Below, piece by piece: positions 1 to 9,872 of a DNA stretch of 64,000 nucleotides (position 1 is the first letter of the stretch; every line of letters begins with the position of its first letter). Below the pieces are notes generated by a model. That model did not search any database and was not told the origin of the DNA. It was given only the letters and a program-made list of their open reading frames with translations. The stretch comes from an uncultured Bacteroidota bacterium (GTDB taxonomy: Bacteria > Bacteroidota > Bacteroidia > Bacteroidales > VadinHA17): NCBI GenBank assembly GCA_963843415.1, contig CAWJKD010000002.1, positions 322,400-386,399 on the forward strand, given 5' to 3'. A program made the position numbers and the translations under genes.

Positions 1-365
1 GGAACTATGCAACTCCGTTATTTCTGGTCCTGCTCATTATTGAATCCTCGGATCTTCTGTTTGCAGTTGACAGTATTCCTGCCGTCCTTGCCGTCAGTCA
101 TGAACGATTCATTGTATACACCTCAAATATCTTTGCCATTCTCGGACTCAGGTCACTCTATTTTGCAGTCTCAGGAATAATGGGATTCTTTAGGTTTTTA
201 AAAGTTGGACTGGCTTTTATCCTGACATTTGTCGGAGCAAAGATGTTAGCTTCATTTTTTAACGTAGAGATCCCTATATTAATGTCCCTTGCCGTAATAA
301 TCTCTATACTGTTGATTTCGGTACTTGCATCAGTTCTGATAGCCAGGAAAGAAGATCCGGATTAG
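1..365 (+). CDS. TerC family integral membrane protein, C-terminal part (5' end lies outside the window)
   Basis: Frame 3 is open from base 3. The translation NYATPLFLVLLIIESSDLLFAVDSIPAVLAVSHERFIVYTSNIFAILGLRSLYF... carries the DxxFAxDSIPA motif typical of TerC/Alx proteins. Stop codon at 363-365. Confidence 0.8.
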   Translation, partial: NYATPLFLVLLIIESSDLLFAVDSIPAVLAVSHERFIVYTSNIFAILGLRSLYFAVSGIMGFFRFLKVGLAFILTFVGAKMLASFFNVEIPILMSLAVIISILLISVLASVLIARKEDPD

Positions 366-468
366 CCAGTCTTCCGAATAATAGTATATTATTATCAGGA
401 AAGTATTAATTTTGTGCTGGTTGAAGAAAGTCAAAGTGAAATTCTGATACTATTTAACAGGGCGCGAT

Positions 469-3366
469 ATGAATTCGCAAAAGCAAAAACCGGCTCTCCC
501 ATGGCCGCTTATTGTACTCTTTCTGATATTATCTGCAGCAGCTGTTGTTGTCGGCATCTTATTTTATCAGAATCAGAAAAAACAAAATCTTGGAATAAGT
601 ACCAAAGAGCTTTCGGCTATTGCTGACCTCAAGGTAAAACAGATCATACAATGGCGAAGCGAAAGAATAGCTGACGGATCAAACTTCAGTGAAAATAAAA
701 GTATGATGAGACAGTTTTCACGTTTTATGACTGCCCGCAATAACAGAAGTTTAAAGGATGAACTCTTTCAGGATTTAAAAGCTCTCACCGACAGTTATGA
801 TTACAGGAGCGCCATATTCGTTGATCGTAATTGTAATGTCATACTTTACTATCCTGATCAGGATACAGTTATTGGCACCTATCTTGAAGCGCTTCTGAAC
901 CGTGTTATGCTTAATGAGGAAATAGTTGTTACAGATATGCACCGGGCAGAGGGGATAAGCTTTGATCACCTTGACCTTCTTGTGCCATTAAAAGGTCCTG
1001 AGATTAAGGATACTTCTGTATTCGGAGCGCTGGTGCTCAGGATCGATCCTTCGAAAGTTTTGTTCCCGATTATACAATCGTGGCCTTCCACAACAATTAC
1101 ATCTGAGGTACTATTATTTCACCGTGAAGGCGATTCGATAGTTTACCTGAATGAACTCAGACATCTGGAGAATAAAGCCAAGGTTAAAAAGTCAATAACT
1201 GATGAGAGGCTTGTTGATGCAAAGGCTCTGCAGGGGATATGGGAGACAGATGATGCTGTCGATTACCGTGGTGTTCCGGTCGTTGCAGCCATGAAAAAAG
1301 TCCCGGAATCGTCCTGGTATCTGGTAGCTAAAGTGGACCGGAAAGAAGTGTACAGCTCACTGCAACCTAATCTGAGGCTGATAGTTATAATAATAGTCCT
1401 TTTCATTTTCGCCACCGGATCTTTCCTTGGATTTTTCTGGTGGAACCAGAGAGTACGTTTTTATCGTCAGAAATATGAGACGGAGCTTGACAGACTGGCC
1501 CTCGTCAGACATTTTGATTATATTCTGAAGTACGCAAATGATATTATACTCCTTATTGATAAAGATTTCGTGATCATTGAAGCCAACGATAAGGCTCTTG
1601 AAACATACAGGTATGAAAGGGAAGAGCTTATCGGACAACCATTCAGTATTTTACATTCTTATATATCAATGAAGGAATTTGAGAACGATTTCAAACCGCT
1701 TGATGATATAGGTTATGCAACTTTTGAGGCATTCCATAAGAGGAAAGACGGGTCCATCTTCCCGATTGAGATAAGTGCCCGACGGGTTGATATTGAGGGT
1801 GTAAAGTATTATCAGTCAATTAGTCGCGATATTACTGAAAGGAAGCTTGCAGAAGAAACATTAAAGGAGAGTGAAGAAAAATTCCGTAAGATTTTCGAAG
1901 AGAGCCCACTCAGCATTGCATTAACAGGCAAGGATATGGGAATAATAAGGGCAAATTCAGCCTATTGCCGGATGCTTGGGTATTCAGAGGAAGAGCTGCT
2001 TGGGATGACCTATAAAAATTTTACACATCCCGACCATATTGCAGATGATGAGCTGTCGATACTTCAGCTTGTTGCCAGGAATATTCCGATTTATCATACA
2101 GAGAAACGTTATTTAAAGAATGACGGGTCAATCATCTGGGGTTCAACAACTGTGAGCATTATCAGGAATAAGAATGGGGAGATCCATTTCTTTCTTGAGA
2201 TGGTCGAAGATATTACATCAAAGATCCTGGCCGCAGCTCAGCTTGAGAGATCATTCTCACTTCAGAAGGCAACTCTTGAATCAACTGAAGACGGCATTCT
2301 TGTAATTGATAACAATGGCAAAATGGTCCAGCATAACAGGAAGTTCGCTGACATGTGGAGGATCCCTGACGATATTTTACTGTCAGGTGAAGACGTAAAC
2401 ATAATACATCACGTTCTTGATCAGCTGAAAGAGCCTGAAGAGTTTGTAAACAAGATAAGCAGGCTTTATTCCGATCCTGACGCTATCAGTTCCGATCTGA
2501 TCGAATTTGTTGACGGGAGGTTCTTTGAACGCTATTCACAACCGCAGGAGCTGAGTGGCCAGACAGTGGGACGGGTCTGGAGCTTCAGAGATATTACCCA
2601 ACGTAAAAGATCTGAGGCAGAAATTATCGCTGCAAAGGAAAAAGCTGAAGAGAGCGACAGACTAAAAACAGCCTTCCTCCATAATGTATCACATGAGATA
2701 AGAACTCCTATGAATGCCATAATGGGCTTCTCATCTCTGTTGAATGATCCGGATCTTAAGGTGGATGAGCGGATCCAGTTTATTGAAATCATTATGCAAA
2801 GCGGTAACCAGTTGCTTTCGATAATAAACGATATAGTTGATCTGGCAAGTATTGAAAGCGGCCAGATGAAATTAAACCTCAAAACAATAAATATTAATAC
2901 TGCCCTGAAAAACCTTTGTGAACAGTTTAGCTATAAGGAGAAGCATCAGAAAGTAATTTTGAGATTAAAAACTCCTCTGGAGAACAACGAATCTGAGATA
3001 TTAACAGATGGAACCAAATTGGTCCAGATTCTCTCCAACCTCGTTAATAATGCTTTAAAATTTACAACAGAGGGAAAGATAGATGTCGGGTATAAACTGA
3101 AGGATAGTTTTCTTGAATTCTTTGTTAAAGATACAGGCATAGGGATCCCAAAGGAATACCAATCGAAAGTCTTTGAAAGATTCTACCAGGTCGAAAACAG
3201 GGTTTCCCGACAATACCCGGGAACCGGTCTGGGGTTATCAATATGCAAAGCATACTCTGAACTGCTTGGGGGAAGGATCTGGCTAAAATCAAAGCCTGGA
3301 GAAGGAACAACTTTTATTTTTACAATACCTTATGTCAGACAGGAAGTTCAGCAACCTGAAAAGTAA
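469..3366 (+). CDS. Multi-PAS sensor histidine kinase with an N-terminal periplasmic sensor region
   Basis: 965 aa. It has an N-terminal TM helix (LIVLFLILSAAAVVVGILFY), a second TM helix near residue 300 and about three PAS-like blocks. H-box HNVSHEIRTPMNAIMGF; ATPase boxes NNALKFT, DTGIGIP and GTGLGLSICK. Confidence 0.9.
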   Translation: MNSQKQKPALPWPLIVLFLILSAAAVVVGILFYQNQKKQNLGISTKELSAIADLKVKQIIQWRSERIADGSNFSENKSMMRQFSRFMTARNNRSLKDELFQDLKALTDSYDYRSAIFVDRNCNVILYYPDQDTVIGTYLEALLNRVMLNEEIVVTDMHRAEGISFDHLDLLVPLKGPEIKDTSVFGALVLRIDPSKVLFPIIQSWPSTTITSEVLLFHREGDSIVYLNELRHLENKAKVKKSITDERLVDAKALQGIWETDDAVDYRGVPVVAAMKKVPESSWYLVAKVDRKEVYSSLQPNLRLIVIIIVLFIFATGSFLGFFWWNQRVRFYRQKYETELDRLALVRHFDYILKYANDIILLIDKDFVIIEANDKALETYRYEREELIGQPFSILHSYISMKEFENDFKPLDDIGYATFEAFHKRKDGSIFPIEISARRVDIEGVKYYQSISRDITERKLAEETLKESEEKFRKIFEESPLSIALTGKDMGIIRANSAYCRMLGYSEEELLGMTYKNFTHPDHIADDELSILQLVARNIPIYHTEKRYLKNDGSIIWGSTTVSIIRNKNGEIHFFLEMVEDITSKILAAAQLERSFSLQKATLESTEDGILVIDNNGKMVQHNRKFADMWRIPDDILLSGEDVNIIHHVLDQLKEPEEFVNKISRLYSDPDAISSDLIEFVDGRFFERYSQPQELSGQTVGRVWSFRDITQRKRSEAEIIAAKEKAEESDRLKTAFLHNVSHEIRTPMNAIMGFSSLLNDPDLKVDERIQFIEIIMQSGNQLLSIINDIVDLASIESGQMKLNLKTININTALKNLCEQFSYKEKHQKVILRLKTPLENNESEILTDGTKLVQILSNLVNNALKFTTEGKIDVGYKLKDSFLEFFVKDTGIGIPKEYQSKVFERFYQVENRVSRQYPGTGLGLSICKAYSELLGGRIWLKSKPGEGTTFIFTIPYVRQEVQQPEK

Positions 3367-3499
3367 AACTATCCTCATGTTTTTTCAAATGATATCCCTT
3401 TCTCCCTCATTCAGAGAAGTTTTTTTGGCAAAATGGAATAAATTCAGTTTAAAATAGTCTATTAGTATAGATAATGAATGAATAACGAGTCGTAAGAAT

Positions 3500-4822
3500 A
3501 TGAAAAGAACATTAATTACAACCGCAATTATTTTTGGAGCTATAATTATAGCACTGATTATTTTCAGTAAGTTGACTTCAAGGAAGGATAAATCAAATGA
3601 TTTTACTGAGGCTAAAAAAGGCCTCTTTGAGATATCTGTTACGAATGCCGGTGAATTACTGGCCGAAAAATCATTCGATATAAAGGGACCTGAGATTAAT
3701 CAGAGCGAACAGGAACACGGAGGTCAGGGAGGAAGGGATCATGGAGGTGGCGGTCGTGGCGGAATGCAGATGCGTGCAATGAGTCTTGAAATTCAGGACA
3801 TTGTTGCAGAAGGCACAATGGTCAAGGAAGGTGATTATATAGCCCAGCTGGACAGGTCAAATTATGCAAACACCCTGAATGATGCTCTTCAAAACCTTAC
3901 TACATTACAGACAAGACTGGAAGTCAGGATCCTGGATACTGCGGTGACTCTGTCCACGCTCAGGGATGATATATCGAATCAGAAATTTCAGGTTAAAGAA
4001 GCCCAGATCACTCTTGATGAATCAAAATATGAGCCCCCTGCCACACAACGTAAAGCAGCAATAAATCTGAATAAGCAACAGCGATCACTGGAACAAAAAA
4101 TAAAGGGCTATAATCTCAGACGTGCACAGGCGCTTTCCGACATTGCAACTTCCAGAGACCAGCTCAAAAACGGAGAACAGCTTGTTAAAGATCTTCAGGA
4201 TTACCTGGCAAAGTTTACTATCAGGGCTCCTGCCTCAGGTATAGTAATGTATAAAGAAGAGTTTAACGGATCTAAAAGAAAAGCGGGTTCTTCTGTAAAT
4301 CCTTTTGACCTTGTTATTGCCACACTCCCTGACCTTACTACAATGATCTCCAAGACCTATGTAAGCGAAATTGAAGTGAACAGGATCCAACCCGGACAGA
4401 AGGTACACATATCGATTGATGCTTTACCCGGAAAATCAATAACCGGCACTGTTACATTAATTGCAAATGTGGGAGAAGTACTTCCTAATTCCGATGCAAA
4501 AATGTTCGAAGTACTTATAAAAATTGACGGCTCTGATACTGATCTCAGACCTGCTATGACAACATGGAACAAAATAGTTATTAAAACCGTCAATGATGCA
4601 GTGTTTATACCTCTTGAATGTGTTCATACAGGAGCTGACAGCATCCCCTTTGTCGTTAAAAAGAATAAAACACGTCAGATAGTTGTGCTGGGGGATGTAA
4701 ATGATAAAAATGTAATAGTTAAAGAGGGACTTGATCCCGGTGCCGACATATATGTGGTTCCTCCGATCGATTTTACCAAGTTCAAAATGGTCGGACAAAG
4801 TCTTATTGCCGGCAATCAGTAA
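3500..4822 (+). CDS. HlyD/efflux membrane-fusion (periplasmic adaptor) family protein
   Basis: 440 aa. It has an N-terminal TM anchor, a lipoyl-like hairpin (AEGTMVKEGDYIAQLD ... IRAPASGIVMY) and a long coiled-coil between them. It also has an unusual Gly/His/Arg-rich insert, QEHGGQGGRDHGGGGRGG. Confidence 0.75.
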   Translation: MKRTLITTAIIFGAIIIALIIFSKLTSRKDKSNDFTEAKKGLFEISVTNAGELLAEKSFDIKGPEINQSEQEHGGQGGRDHGGGGRGGMQMRAMSLEIQDIVAEGTMVKEGDYIAQLDRSNYANTLNDALQNLTTLQTRLEVRILDTAVTLSTLRDDISNQKFQVKEAQITLDESKYEPPATQRKAAINLNKQQRSLEQKIKGYNLRRAQALSDIATSRDQLKNGEQLVKDLQDYLAKFTIRAPASGIVMYKEEFNGSKRKAGSSVNPFDLVIATLPDLTTMISKTYVSEIEVNRIQPGQKVHISIDALPGKSITGTVTLIANVGEVLPNSDAKMFEVLIKIDGSDTDLRPAMTTWNKIVIKTVNDAVFIPLECVHTGADSIPFVVKKNKTRQIVVLGDVNDKNVIVKEGLDPGADIYVVPPIDFTKFKMVGQSLIAGNQ

Positions 4823-4982
4823 ATTCCGGACAACAGCCTTCTCTTAAACAGAATTCCATGATTACACCAGGAGTTTAGTCTCCATACTAAAGTCGTCTGA
4901 TCCTTACTGTATTGACTGTAAAAACGTTATATTTACATAACTGAATTAAACCTGCGGTCATATCAATCATTCCGGAGAAAGA

Positions 4983-6218
4983 ATGAAGTTACACTGGCTC
5001 ATACTATCTGTAACCCTCCTGATCGTTCCTGAGTTTCTGAACGCCCAGGTATCCGGATGTACCGATCCAATGGCTGTCAATTACAACAGTACTGCAACCA
5101 TAAATGACGGCAGCTGCTTATACGATCCGGCTTCGGTAAGACCTATATCAGGTGTGGAACTGGCAGTTACTCTTAAAGAGACATCAGGACTCATAAACTG
5201 GAATGATCAGATCTGGACACATAATGATAACAGCGATGTGAATATCTATGGTTTAGATACTGTAAGCGGTAGCATTGTTCAGTCCTGCACGCTTGAAGGG
5301 GCTGTTAATAACGACTGGGAAGAGATCTCGCAGGACAATAATTACATCTACATCGGAGATTTTGGGAATAATGCAAATGGAAACCGGAAGGATCTGAAAA
5401 TTCTGAGGATAGCAAAAAGCAGTGTGCTGTCAGGTGCTCCTGTAATAGAAACAATAAATTTCTCCTATTCAGATCAGGTAAATTTTGACCCTGCAGGGGC
5501 CAATACTACTGATTTCGACTGTGAAGCTTTTATTGTCTCAGCCGACAGTATTTTTTTATTTACAAAACAATGGACCAGCAATAAAACAAGTCTCTATGCT
5601 TTTTTAAAGACTCCCGGAACTCATGTTGCAGAGCTTAGATCAACTTTTGATGTTGAAGGTCTTATAACCGGCGCCGTATCACTTGAATCTAAAAGACTTG
5701 TTGTACTTTGTGGTTACAGCAGCTCACTGGATCCATTCCTTTTTTTGCTTTACGACTTCAGCAACAACATTTTTTTCAGCGGGAATAAGCGAAAGATCAC
5801 AATTGAGCCTTCTTTTCATCAGGTTGAAGGGATAGCAACTCCCAACGGATTGAAATACTATATCTCAAATGAATACTTTTCACTAGGTTCTATTCTCACA
5901 ATTCCCCAGAAATTACGGATCCTCGATCTAAGCTCCTACTTAAGGAACTATCTTAACATTTCCACATCTTCTCCTGAAAATGGGACACAAAATAGTTATA
6001 GTGTTTTTCCTGTTCCGGCGTACGATTATATTTACGTTGCAGGAGATGAAAATCCGGGGAATATGAATTATTCCCTGATAAACATATCCGGGAGTACAGT
6101 TATTTCCGGCAGGCTTCCGGAAGAGAATCCGGCCGTTCCTCTTTCGGGTTTACCTGCAGGTGTTTATTTTCTTAAGATTGAAGGATCTGAAAAAATAATA
6201 AAAGTTATTAAGAGATAA
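4983..6218 (+). CDS. Secreted protein with a T9SS (Por) C-terminal sorting domain
   Basis: 411 aa with signal peptide MKLHWLILSVTLLIVPEFLNAQ. The central region looks beta-propeller-like (ETSGL..HNDN..DWEEIS..IGDFGNN). The C-terminal ~80 aa end in GVYFLKIEGSEKIIKVIKR, typical of Por secretion CTDs. Confidence 0.7.
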   Translation: MKLHWLILSVTLLIVPEFLNAQVSGCTDPMAVNYNSTATINDGSCLYDPASVRPISGVELAVTLKETSGLINWNDQIWTHNDNSDVNIYGLDTVSGSIVQSCTLEGAVNNDWEEISQDNNYIYIGDFGNNANGNRKDLKILRIAKSSVLSGAPVIETINFSYSDQVNFDPAGANTTDFDCEAFIVSADSIFLFTKQWTSNKTSLYAFLKTPGTHVAELRSTFDVEGLITGAVSLESKRLVVLCGYSSSLDPFLFLLYDFSNNIFFSGNKRKITIEPSFHQVEGIATPNGLKYYISNEYFSLGSILTIPQKLRILDLSSYLRNYLNISTSSPENGTQNSYSVFPVPAYDYIYVAGDENPGNMNYSLINISGSTVISGRLPEENPAVPLSGLPAGVYFLKIEGSEKIIKVIKR

Positions 6219-6259
6219 TACAAGGCATCGTCATATGCTTTTATATAAAAAATGACCGG

Positions 6260-7249
6260 ATGAACAGAGTAAAAGAACGAACAATATGGCGCGAATATCT
6301 TCAGATCAGGGAGGTGAATGTATTCATTGCTCTGATCTGCCTTGTAATTCTGATGAGTGTATCAAGTCCGTATTTTCTGAAGCCAGACAATATTTTCAAT
6401 GTCCTCAGGGGTATGTCAACTATAGGAATTATGGCAATCGGGCAGACAATGGTCATCATTACGGGAGGTATAGATCTTTCGGTTGGATCACTGATGGCAG
6501 TATCTTCAATGCTGACAGCAAGGTTAATAACGGTGCATGATGAAAATGCATTTCTATCAGTTCTGTGTGGTCTCTCTTTTGGATTATTGCTGGGAACTAT
6601 AAGCGGTTTGATCATAACCAGGTTAAAAATAAATGCATTCATTACAACGCTGGGAATGCTGAGCATAGGACGAGGCCTTACTTATCTTCTGGCCACAGGG
6701 ATCAAAGGTGGTGTTGCATCGAATATTCCTGTGCAAAATGCATCGATAATTTTTCTGGGTAACGGATATCTGGGACCTGTACCATTCTCTGTTGTGCTCC
6801 TGCTCATTCTGGTAATTCTGGCGGCCGTCTTCTTAAAGCGTACTGTTCCCGGACGGTATATCTATGCTGTAGGGAGTAATGAAAGATCAGCAAGGCTATC
6901 AGGCGTCCCGGTAAATAAAGTACGCGTTTTTGTCTATGCAATAACAGGATTTTTCTGTGCTCTCGCAGGCATCATGGTGTCAGGAAGGTTATCGACTGCT
7001 GCAACAAATATTGGAATCGGGAATGAATTGGATGTCATTGCAGCGGTAGTCATTGGAGGAGCGAGTTTACAGGGCGGAGAAGGAACTGTTACAGGAGCAA
7101 TAATAGGTGCGACAATTATGGCAATAGTTCGGAATGCATTTGTTCTGTTGCACATCCCCAACCATTTTCAAACTATAACAATTGGAGTTGTGATCATTCT
7201 TGCAGTCGGTCTTGATCAAATCTTAAACAGGAAAGCGAAAAATGAATAA
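6260..7249 (+). CDS. Sugar ABC transporter permease (RbsC/AraH, CUT2 type)
   Basis: 329 aa and highly hydrophobic. Ribose-type permease motifs are present: GIDLSVGS and ERSARLSGVPVNKVR. Confidence 0.85.
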   Translation: MNRVKERTIWREYLQIREVNVFIALICLVILMSVSSPYFLKPDNIFNVLRGMSTIGIMAIGQTMVIITGGIDLSVGSLMAVSSMLTARLITVHDENAFLSVLCGLSFGLLLGTISGLIITRLKINAFITTLGMLSIGRGLTYLLATGIKGGVASNIPVQNASIIFLGNGYLGPVPFSVVLLLILVILAAVFLKRTVPGRYIYAVGSNERSARLSGVPVNKVRVFVYAITGFFCALAGIMVSGRLSTAATNIGIGNELDVIAAVVIGGASLQGGEGTVTGAIIGATIMAIVRNAFVLLHIPNHFQTITIGVVIILAVGLDQILNRKAKNE

Positions 7250-8306
7250 TCATCTTAAAATGTACAGAAATATATTTCTGTTGATTCTGGCTCTTTTACC
7301 CCTTAATTATTCATGTCAGAGATCTTCATCTAATAAGAGCTCCCGGGTGTTACCTCCTCCTCCTCCATATTTCTCCGAAGGAAGAGCAGCAGATCAGGGA
7401 AAAGTGATGCCTGTTGAAAACAAAAAGAATGAGAAAATAAGGATTGCTTTTCTGGCAATGGAGACTAATCCGTGGTGGGTCCCTGTCAAAGCAGGAGTTA
7501 TGGAGGCGAAGGATATTCTAAAGGATTTTAATACGGAAGTCGACTGGATAGTGGCGGGCGATCGTCATACTGCGGATGTATTCGGAGTTGCCCTCGAAGC
7601 TGTTATTGCACAAAATTACGATGGTGTTGCATGTCTTGCCGGAGATGAAGGAATGCTTCCGTTCATTCAAAAAGCGGTTGAAGCCAATATTGCTGTTGCA
7701 ACATACAATTCCGAGACTAATAAGGAATCGTCGAGGGCATTTTTTGTCGGAGCCGATAACTATGAACAAGGCAGAATCTGTGGAGAAAAAATGGCTCAGT
7801 TGATCGGCGGAAAGGGAGAAGTAGCGATCATCACAGGTTTTTTTTCAGTGGAGGCCCATGAACTTCGACGGACAGGTTTTAAAGATGTGCTGGCAGAAAA
7901 GTATCCTGAAATTAAAATTGTCGGAGAAGTTGAAAATACTGATCTGGCTGATATAGCGTATACACAGGCTAATGATTTCATGAGCTCTTTCCCTGGTCTT
8001 TCGGGTATTTATATTACTGCAAGCGGACAATTCGGGGCCGCAAATGCGGTTAAAGACTCAGGGAAAAAGAATTCCGTCAGTGTCGTTTGTCATGATTTTT
8101 TACCTGAAACAATGGGACTTGTAAGGGAAGGAGTTATTCAGGGGGTAATAGATCAGAGTACCAGATTACAGGGTCGCGATCCTGTGATCAGGCTTTATAA
8201 TTATATTGTTGGCGGGATTATCCCTCCTTTTGGAAAACTTTTACTGGACACTCCTGTGGCAACTCCTGAAAATATTGACCAGTATTGGCCAGACTCTGAT
8301 GATTAA
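7242..8306 (+). CDS. Sugar ABC transporter substrate-binding lipoprotein (RbsB-like periplasmic binding protein fold)
   Basis: 354 aa. Lipobox LLPLNYSC is followed by a PPPPP linker. The type I PBP-like body includes IAFLAMETNPWW and AVATYNSE. The start overlaps the permease stop by 8 nt. Confidence 0.75.
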   Translation: MNNHLKMYRNIFLLILALLPLNYSCQRSSSNKSSRVLPPPPPYFSEGRAADQGKVMPVENKKNEKIRIAFLAMETNPWWVPVKAGVMEAKDILKDFNTEVDWIVAGDRHTADVFGVALEAVIAQNYDGVACLAGDEGMLPFIQKAVEANIAVATYNSETNKESSRAFFVGADNYEQGRICGEKMAQLIGGKGEVAIITGFFSVEAHELRRTGFKDVLAEKYPEIKIVGEVENTDLADIAYTQANDFMSSFPGLSGIYITASGQFGAANAVKDSGKKNSVSVVCHDFLPETMGLVREGVIQGVIDQSTRLQGRDPVIRLYNYIVGGIIPPFGKLLLDTPVATPENIDQYWPDSDD

Positions 8307-8349
8307 TAATCTGACCAAAAACGTAAGATTATATTAAAGTTGGGAAATC

Positions 8350-9861
8350 ATGTCAGAGCGCTCCGGATATATTCTACAGGCACAAGGCATTTCAAAAAGC
8401 TATGGAGGTGTTCATGCATTGTCAGATGTCGATTTGTCAGTGCTGGGAGGAGAGGTACACGCGGTGGTTGGTGAGAACGGAGCGGGAAAGACAACCCTTA
8501 TGAATATTCTCGGAGGGATCATAAAGCCTGACGAAGGTAAAATAGTATTCAACGGAGAAAAGATAGATCTCAATTCACCCAAGGGGGCTTTTAGAAAAGG
8601 GATCTCAACAATTCATCAGGAGCTGACAATGATTCCTCATTTAAACGTCATGGAGAATATATTCATGGGGGATCTTCAGAAATTCACTTATTCCTCAAAG
8701 GGTATCATCAATCATAATAAACTAGAATATGCTGCAAAAGAAGCTCTCGATTTAATTGAGCTGTCGATTGACCCTCACAGGCTTGTCAAAAGCCTGAGTA
8801 TCTCGGAGCAGCAGGAGATAGAAATTATCAAAGCTGTCTCAGCCGATTCACGGCTTATTATTATGGATGAGCCTAATTCTTCATTAACTGATCCGGAAAC
8901 AAAGCGGCTTTTCAATATTATCAACAAGCTGAAGAAGAGGGGTGTATCTATTGTATATGTATCCCACAAAATTGAAGAAGTTCTGCAAATTGCTGACAGG
9001 ATAACAATATTGCGTGATGGTCGTTCCATAGGGACACTCGGGAGAAGTGAGGCGACTGATGAGCGCTTATTCGGCATGATTGCGGGGAGGGATAAGATTA
9101 AAAAAGAATCCCGCAAGACTAATATGACCGATGAGATACTTCTTTGCGTTAAAGGACTGAACGGTAAGCGGTTCAACGATATCAGCTTTAATCTCAGGAA
9201 GGGCGAAGTGCTCGGATTTTACGGACTTGTAGGGTCTGGCAGAAGCGAACTTGGACGGGCATTGTTCGGAGCGGATAAGATCAACGCCGGGACAATCTCT
9301 CTGGATGGCAAGTCAGTGGTAATAGATTCACCACGGAAAGCGATGGAACTTGGAATAGCAATGGTCCCTGAGGACCGGAAGGAACAAGGTCTGTTCATGA
9401 ACCTGCCGGTTATATCAAATATGACAATCTCGAACCTGCCTGATCTTAGTTATCTGAATTTCCTTATCAGGTCAAAAAAGGAAAAAAGCATAATAAATGA
9501 TTTTATCAGATTGCTCAATATCAGGATGAAACTAAGCAGTCAGCCGATCAAAGCTCTAAGTGGCGGAAATCAGCAAAAAGTTGTTCTGTCCAGATATCTG
9601 ATGATAAAGCCGCGGGTACTTATTTTAGACGAGCCGACACATGGCATTGATGTTGGAGCCAGGGAAGAAGTACATAATCTTATTGAAAAGAGCTCTGCCG
9701 GAGGATTAGGTGTCATCTTTATCTCATCGGAGATGCCTGAAATTATTTCTGTATCAGACAGGATAGCTGTGTTGCACGAAGGTGAGCTGGCAGGTATCTT
9801 CAATCGTGAAGATGTATCTGAAGAAAAGCTTATTGCCTGTGCAACAGGTTACAGGATGTAA
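8350..9861 (+). CDS. Sugar ABC transporter ATP-binding protein with two fused ATPase domains (RbsA/LsrA-like)
   Basis: 503 aa. Walker A GENGAGKTT and GLVGSGRSE; signature-like LSISEQQ and LSGGNQQK; Walker B IIMDEP and LILDEP. Confidence 0.9.
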   Translation: MSERSGYILQAQGISKSYGGVHALSDVDLSVLGGEVHAVVGENGAGKTTLMNILGGIIKPDEGKIVFNGEKIDLNSPKGAFRKGISTIHQELTMIPHLNVMENIFMGDLQKFTYSSKGIINHNKLEYAAKEALDLIELSIDPHRLVKSLSISEQQEIEIIKAVSADSRLIIMDEPNSSLTDPETKRLFNIINKLKKRGVSIVYVSHKIEEVLQIADRITILRDGRSIGTLGRSEATDERLFGMIAGRDKIKKESRKTNMTDEILLCVKGLNGKRFNDISFNLRKGEVLGFYGLVGSGRSELGRALFGADKINAGTISLDGKSVVIDSPRKAMELGIAMVPEDRKEQGLFMNLPVISNMTISNLPDLSYLNFLIRSKKEKSIINDFIRLLNIRMKLSSQPIKALSGGNQQKVVLSRYLMIKPRVLILDEPTHGIDVGAREEVHNLIEKSSAGGLGVIFISSEMPEIISVSDRIAVLHEGELAGIFNREDVSEEKLIACATGYRM

Positions 9862-9872
9862 AAAACAGAGAT

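Noticed and set aside
414-626. A 70-aa ORF overlapping the start of the sensor kinase gene in another frame.
   Set aside because: It uses a non-ATG start, is Cys/Ser-rich low-complexity, and is fully overlapped by the well-supported kinase ORF.
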